From the NCBI GenBank assembly GCA_000004985.1, contig GG739252.1: a stretch of 2,689 nt of DNA; one strand, 5' to 3'. How positions within the stretch are numbered: position 1 is the stretch's first letter; each line of letters begins with the position of its first letter. A model generated the notes under the pieces. The model ran no database searches, had not been told where the DNA came from, and saw only the letters and a program-made list of their open reading frames with translations. Below are positions 1 through 2,689 of this stretch, one piece after another. This stretch comes from Naegleria gruberi. Lineage: Eukaryota. Position numbers and translations under genes: made by a program.

Positions 1-15
1 TCTATTAGCAAAAAA

Positions 16-337
16 ATGTTCAAGTCTTCCAATCTCAAACTCTTCAAAAATTCTTCTTCCATTCTCCGTTCTTCATCATCGTCATCACCAATTATTAATA
101 ATAATAATATTAATAATTTTAAAAAATATTCAACAACAGCAACAACAATGGAATGGATTCCAGTTTCTAAGGACGGTCAAGTCAAGAAGAGAATTATTAC
201 TCAAGGTTCAGGTGCTGAACTCCCACCACACGGATCAAAGGTCTCTGTTCACTACACTGGTACTTTGACTAATGGAAAGAAGTTTGATTCTTCTGTTGAT
301 AGAGGCACTCCATTCTCCTTCAACTTGGGTCTCGGAC
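16..337 (+). CDS. FKBP-type peptidyl-prolyl cis-trans isomerase, exon 1. It starts at ATG 16 and ends in phase 1 after ...FSFNLGLG plus a split codon C|AG. An alternative start is ATG 148 (MEWIPVSK...).
   Basis: Translation contains the FKBP12 core: [32 protein letters not shown]. This matches yeast FPR1 ([31 protein letters not shown]) and human FKBP12. The ORF-track stop at 343-345 (ATG TAG) lies inside a GTATGT 5' splice site at 338-343. The start lies in an A-rich context, aaaaaaATGt. Confidence 0.85.
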
Positions 338-500
338 GTATGTAGTATTTATTATTGTGTTGTTTAACAGGCTAACTGTGTTTGTATTTGTATTATGATA
401 TTATACAAATATTATTATGATATTGGATTTTGTTGATTTATTATTGAATTCAATAATAACGTCGTTTGATTATAATATTTTACTGGCTTAACAACAATAG
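338..500 (+). other. Spliceosomal intron of the FKBP gene, 163 nt, GTATGT...AATAG.
   Basis: 5' splice site GTATGT at 338-343. The only AG between 377 and 500 is at 499-500. Removing this interval fuses ...NLGLG to Q-VIRGWDLGV, restoring the conserved FKBP motif LGxGQVI(K/R)GWD. Branchpoint-like CTAAC is at 372-376 and a TACTGGCTTAAC-like stretch at 481-492. Confidence 0.85.
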
Positions 501-664
501 AGGTTATTAGAGGTTGGGATTTGGGCGTCAAGACCATGAAGAAGGGTGAAAAGGCTATTCTTGAAATTCCATCAGAGTACGCATATGGCTCTCAAGAAAT
601 TCCAAAGTTAATCCCTGCCAATTCTACTTTGATCTTTGAAGTTGAATTGTTGTCATGGAAGTAA
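501..664 (+). CDS. FKBP-type peptidyl-prolyl cis-trans isomerase, exon 2, with stop TAA at 662-664. The full product is 161 aa from ATG 16, or 117 aa from ATG 148.
   Basis: Translation (Q)VIRGWDLGVKTMKKGEKAILEIPSEYAYGSQEIPKLIPANSTLIFEVELLSWK*. It aligns to the FKBP12 C-terminal half (VIRGWEEGV...YAYG...IPP.ATLVFDVELL). Codon usage is yeast-like (TTG, AAG, GGT, CCA). Confidence 0.85.
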
Positions 665-680
665 ATCTACGAAATTATTA

Positions 681-712
681 TTTTAATTAAATTATAAATT
701 TTAATTAAATTA
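681..712 (+). repeat. Direct repeat of TTTTAATTAAATTA (681-694 and 699-712). Each copy holds the perfect palindrome TTTAATTAAA. It lies in the 3' flank of the FKBP gene and is a likely 3'-end formation or AT-rich element.
   Basis: Two identical 14-mers 18 bp apart, read directly from the sequence. TATAAATT at 693-700 sits between them. Located 17-50 nt after the TAA stop. Confidence 0.5.
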
Positions 713-778
713 AAATCTATTCAATTTTTTACAATTCAACTCATCTATTGAAACTTTGACAATATTTTAATCTACAAA

Positions 779-803
779 ATTTGAACATGTTGAGATTTGA
801 ACA
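779..803 (+). promoter_or_regulatory. Direct repeat ATTTGAACA (779-787 and 795-803). It belongs to a cluster of TGAACA motifs in the intergenic region upstream of gene 2.
   Basis: TGAACA occurs at 782-787, 798-803, 875-880 and 946-951 on +, and as GTGAACA on the - strand at 912-918. Five copies fall within about 170 bp of intergenic DNA. Confidence 0.3.
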
Positions 804-963
804 GAGCTCTGAATGAGATTTTCAATTCTCAATATTCTGAAAGATTTCTTTAGTATTGCTACAAAGATCTAGAATGAACATCACCAGGTCTAACAAGTTT
901 AATACAGTTCCTGTTCACGAGCTGTATGTCTTATTATCGAGATAGTGAACATTACGATCCACA

Positions 964-1011
964 GTTCGTATCGTTCGTATCTTTGTATCGTTTGTACCAT
1001 AGTACATGGTA
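964..1011 (+). repeat. Degenerate tandem 9-bp repeat GTTCGTATC x4 (964-972, 973-981, 982-989, 990-998), followed by inverted repeat TACCAT-AGTAC-ATGGTA (995-1011). It is a putative promoter element of gene 2, about 60-100 bp upstream of its ATG.
   Basis: Two perfect copies and two degenerate copies (TTTGTATC, GTTTGTACC), read directly. The 6-bp inverted arms flank a 5-bp spacer. Confidence 0.45.
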
Positions 1012-1038
1012 AAAAGTCAACAGTATTTGAAGGATTTT

Positions 1039-1060
1039 AAAAAACGAAACCTTAAAAAAA
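1039..1060 (+). promoter_or_regulatory. Poly(dA) tracts (A6 at 1039-1044, A7 at 1054-1060) immediately upstream of the gene 2 ATG. This is an A-rich yeast-type start context and a likely nucleosome-excluding leader element.
   Basis: Read directly from the sequence. A-rich tracts before the ATG are typical of Saccharomycotina start contexts. Confidence 0.35.
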
Positions 1061-1066
1061 CAAACA

Positions 1067-1298
1067 ATGAGTAGTCTTTCAAAGTTTTTAAAGGAACCAA
1101 CCACTGTGTATGGTGGACTAAAGGCCAATGATTTAAAGCAAGAACCTCATTATTCTTTTTTTGATGGGGAGAACAAATTCCTTGTTCGTGAAATCGAATC
1201 TCAAAAATTAGTTCCCTTAAAAACGAAACTCTTGTTTGAGAAGGCAGGTAGTTATGAATTTTACACTGTAGAGCATGGATTCATTCCTGTTGAAATGG
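1067..1298 (+). CDS. Hypothetical protein (gene 2), exon 1. It starts at ATG 1067 in the context aaaaaaacaaacaATGa and ends in phase 1 (G|AT split codon).
   Basis: The 79-aa ORF ends at a TAA (1304-1306) that overlaps a GTACGT donor at 1299-1304. The downstream ORF has no ATG near its start, so it must be joined. Codon usage is yeast-like. Confidence 0.7.
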
Positions 1299-1361
1299 GT
1301 ACGTAATTAATCAGTTGGTTTATTAATATTTGGAAAGATTGTAAGCAATTCAAAGTTTCAG
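1299..1361 (+). other. Spliceosomal intron of gene 2, 63 nt, GTACGT...TTTCAG. It is in-frame in length but contains an in-frame TAA.
   Basis: Donor GTACGT at 1299-1304. Acceptor TTTCAG ends at 1361. The length of 63 (3x21) keeps both ORF-track pieces in the same frame (coordinates congruent to 2 mod 3). The alternative donor GTAATT at 1303 breaks the frame. Confidence 0.65.
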
Positions 1362-2071
1362 ATTTGTTACTATTAAACCTTGGTAAAAAGAAGAAGGTCT
1401 ATGAACAAGAATATTATGGAGAAATTTATGATAAGAACGCAAGAATCATTGAAGAGAAACGTTTCTTTCAAGATGATCAAACAGAGCCTTACTTTGGAGG
1501 AAAGGTAGTTGTTGGTATTAAGTCATATTTCGGTAAAATGTTAAGAACAGATAATTCACACAAGAAGCTATTTACCTTTAACAATAAGCCATTGAAAGAA
1601 AAGAAAGAGTTGGTGAAAACTTCCTTGCCTATTGCATCTTTGAAGGAATCTGAACATTCCAAAATTGGTAAGATTTCAATACAATATTATCCATTAACAA
1701 TCAAAGTTACAAGAATATTTCTACGAAATTTCCCTCTCCTTGAAACTTTTGAGATAAACGAAAGAAATAATTTGATTGAATATCTTCATCAAATGGTGGG
1801 CCTTTACATGGCAGATGGAAACTCACGAAAATTCCAAATATTCCTTAATGCAAAAAACGAAAAGGAATTGACGGATTTTCTTATTGAAAAGATGAAACTA
1901 ATCTCTGGAGATTCATTTGGAATCAAGGAACAAATAATTTTTAGAGATTCCGTTCATAATTCTATTTCTTTTGCCAATCAAATTGATTTAACTGAGGATA
2001 CAAAGCAAGATTTGGAAGAAGGTGGATTTTTCGAATCTAATTCTAACATTGTCGCATTGAAATCATTGTAA
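1362..2071 (+). CDS. Hypothetical protein (gene 2), exon 2. It reaches TAA at 2069-2071. The spliced product is about 313 aa. It is a Lys/Glu-rich protein with no domain I can name from sequence alone.
   Basis: The 235-aa open frame begins at a non-ATG codon (TTG) right after the acceptor. It is continuous with exon 1 once the 63-nt intron is removed. The stop TAA overlaps a consensus GTAAGT at 2068-2073 (see findings). Confidence 0.65.
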
Positions 2072-2263
2072 GTAATTTTGTTAACATTATTAATTTTGGA
2101 ATTTTGTAAGTAATAATTTCAACAAGGTCTTACTAGAATTGGAAATTGTAAATGGAACCTCCAAAGTTTACTCCAATATATACAACGCCTCTAATTGGTG
2201 TCTTTCACATGTTTACAAGTTTTTCGAGGGTTCAATTCAGGGAGATGGTTGTTGTAGACCTAA

Positions 2264-2689
2264 CAAGATGAACATCAGATTCACCCACAAATGTATTGTT
2301 TTAAGGTTCCAGATATCACATTCCCTAATGCTAATGGTCAACTCATTCAAAACACAAATCAAGACGTATTTGGAACAAGATACTTTTATGACACCAATAG
2401 ATTTGTAATCAAAGAATTCAATTCATCCATTGACTGTTTCAATGATAGTGTTAAGGTATTGAAAACTATTCATCAAGCAGATGGTACAAATTTGGACAAT
2501 AGTATTAACAAAACAATTAATACTTCACACAAATCCGTTTATGGCACTTCCATCATTCCTAAAAGAAAATTAGAAAAAGAATATGATTCCAATAAGACTA
2601 GGAAGTTTACTGAAGGAAAGATCCATGAATATTTAAGTAAATATACAGTCATTGAAAAGAAGAGCAGATATCATTGTGGTGAATGTGAT
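2264..2689 (+). CDS. 3'-partial ORF (gene 3, or a downstream exon of gene 2) in frame 2. It is open from 2264 to the window end. The first ATG is at 2291. It ends with ...SRYHCGECD, which looks like the start of a C2H2 zinc finger.
   Basis: 142 stop-free codons in AT-rich DNA, with yeast-like codon choice (AGA, GGT, CCA, CAA, TTG). The translation ...MYCFKVPDITFPNANGQLIQNTNQDVFGTRYFYDTNRFVIKEFNSS...KEYDSNKTRKFTEGKIHEYLSKYTVIEKKSRYHCGECD is protein-like. The Y-x-C-x-x-C pattern at the very end fits a C2H2 finger N-terminus. Confidence 0.55.

Noticed and set aside
338-500. Intron-encoded box C/D snoRNA in the FKBP intron, as is common in yeast introns
   Set aside because: There is no RUGAUGA C box (only TGATATT twice) and no CTGA D box anywhere in the intron.
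830-850. Heat-shock-element-like TTCtGAAagatTTC
   Set aside because: The spacing between the GAA and TTC units is 1 and 4 nt rather than the required 2 nt register, so it is not a canonical HSE.
665-1066. tRNA or other Pol III gene in the 400-bp intergenic region
   Set aside because: No B-box (GGTTCGANTCC) or A-box-like sequence on either strand. GTTCGTATC is a tandem repeat, not a T-loop. No cloverleaf-compatible pairing was seen.
1303-1361. Alternative 5' splice site GTAATT at 1303 for the gene 2 intron
   Set aside because: It gives a 59-nt intron that shifts the frame, and the downstream exon then hits TAA within five codons. The GTACGT donor at 1299 gives an exact 63-nt in-frame intron.
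2068-2244. Simple gene 2 extension using donor GTAAGT 2068 with acceptors AG 2135-2136, 2165-2166 or 2243-2244
   Set aside because: All three are phase-compatible. The first two run into TAA at 2192-2194 after at most 19 codons. The third hits TAG at 2255-2257 after only four codons.
2139-2408. 89-aa ORF in frame 0 (MEIVNGTSKVYSNIYNASNWCLSHVYKFFEGSIQGDGCCRPNKMNIRF...)
   Set aside because: Its composition is un-protein-like (WC, CC and HKC clusters). It overlaps the much longer, better-behaved frame-2 ORF from 2264, which continues to the window end with yeast-like codon choice. It is most likely a chance open frame. It is kept in mind only as part of the unresolved junction problem.
1-2689. 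CRISPR array, prokaryotic defence or operon structure, or transposon termini
   Set aside because: The sequence has spliceosomal introns, yeast codon bias, A-rich eukaryotic start contexts and low-complexity poly-N/poly-S coding. No repeat-spacer periodicity or terminal inverted repeats are present.

Overview
This window reads as nuclear DNA from an AT-rich budding yeast (Saccharomycotina-like), not a prokaryotic locus. All coding runs on the + strand. Codon usage is the classic yeast high-expression set (TTG Leu, AGA Arg, GGT Gly, CCA Pro, AAG Lys). Introns show yeast-type 5' splice sites (GTATGT, GTACGT, GTAAGT).

Three coding units are supported:
(1) An FKBP-type peptidyl-prolyl cis-trans isomerase (FKBP12/FPR1-like) in two exons, 16..337 and 501..664, split by a 163-nt intron. 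The ORF track truncates it at 345 because it reads into the intron. The gene carries an unusual 44-aa Ser/Asn-rich, acid-free N-terminal extension.
(2) A protein of about 313 aa with unknown function. The ORF track splits it into 79-aa and 235-aa pieces. They join cleanly across a 63-nt in-frame intron, 1299..1361.
(3) A 3'-partial ORF in the same reading frame, 2264..2689, running off the window end as what looks like the start of a C2H2 zinc finger (R-Y-H-C-G-E-C-D). Its link to gene 2 is unresolved.

Intergenic regions carry short direct and inverted repeats that are probably cis-regulatory. I found no CRISPR array, tRNA, rRNA, transposon or prokaryotic operon signal. I make no claim of an undescribed biological system. 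The points worth a second look are the gene-structure corrections, the possible dual-targeted FKBP, the unresolved GTAAGT/CTAAC architecture at the gene 2 / gene 3 boundary, and the clustered promoter motifs.
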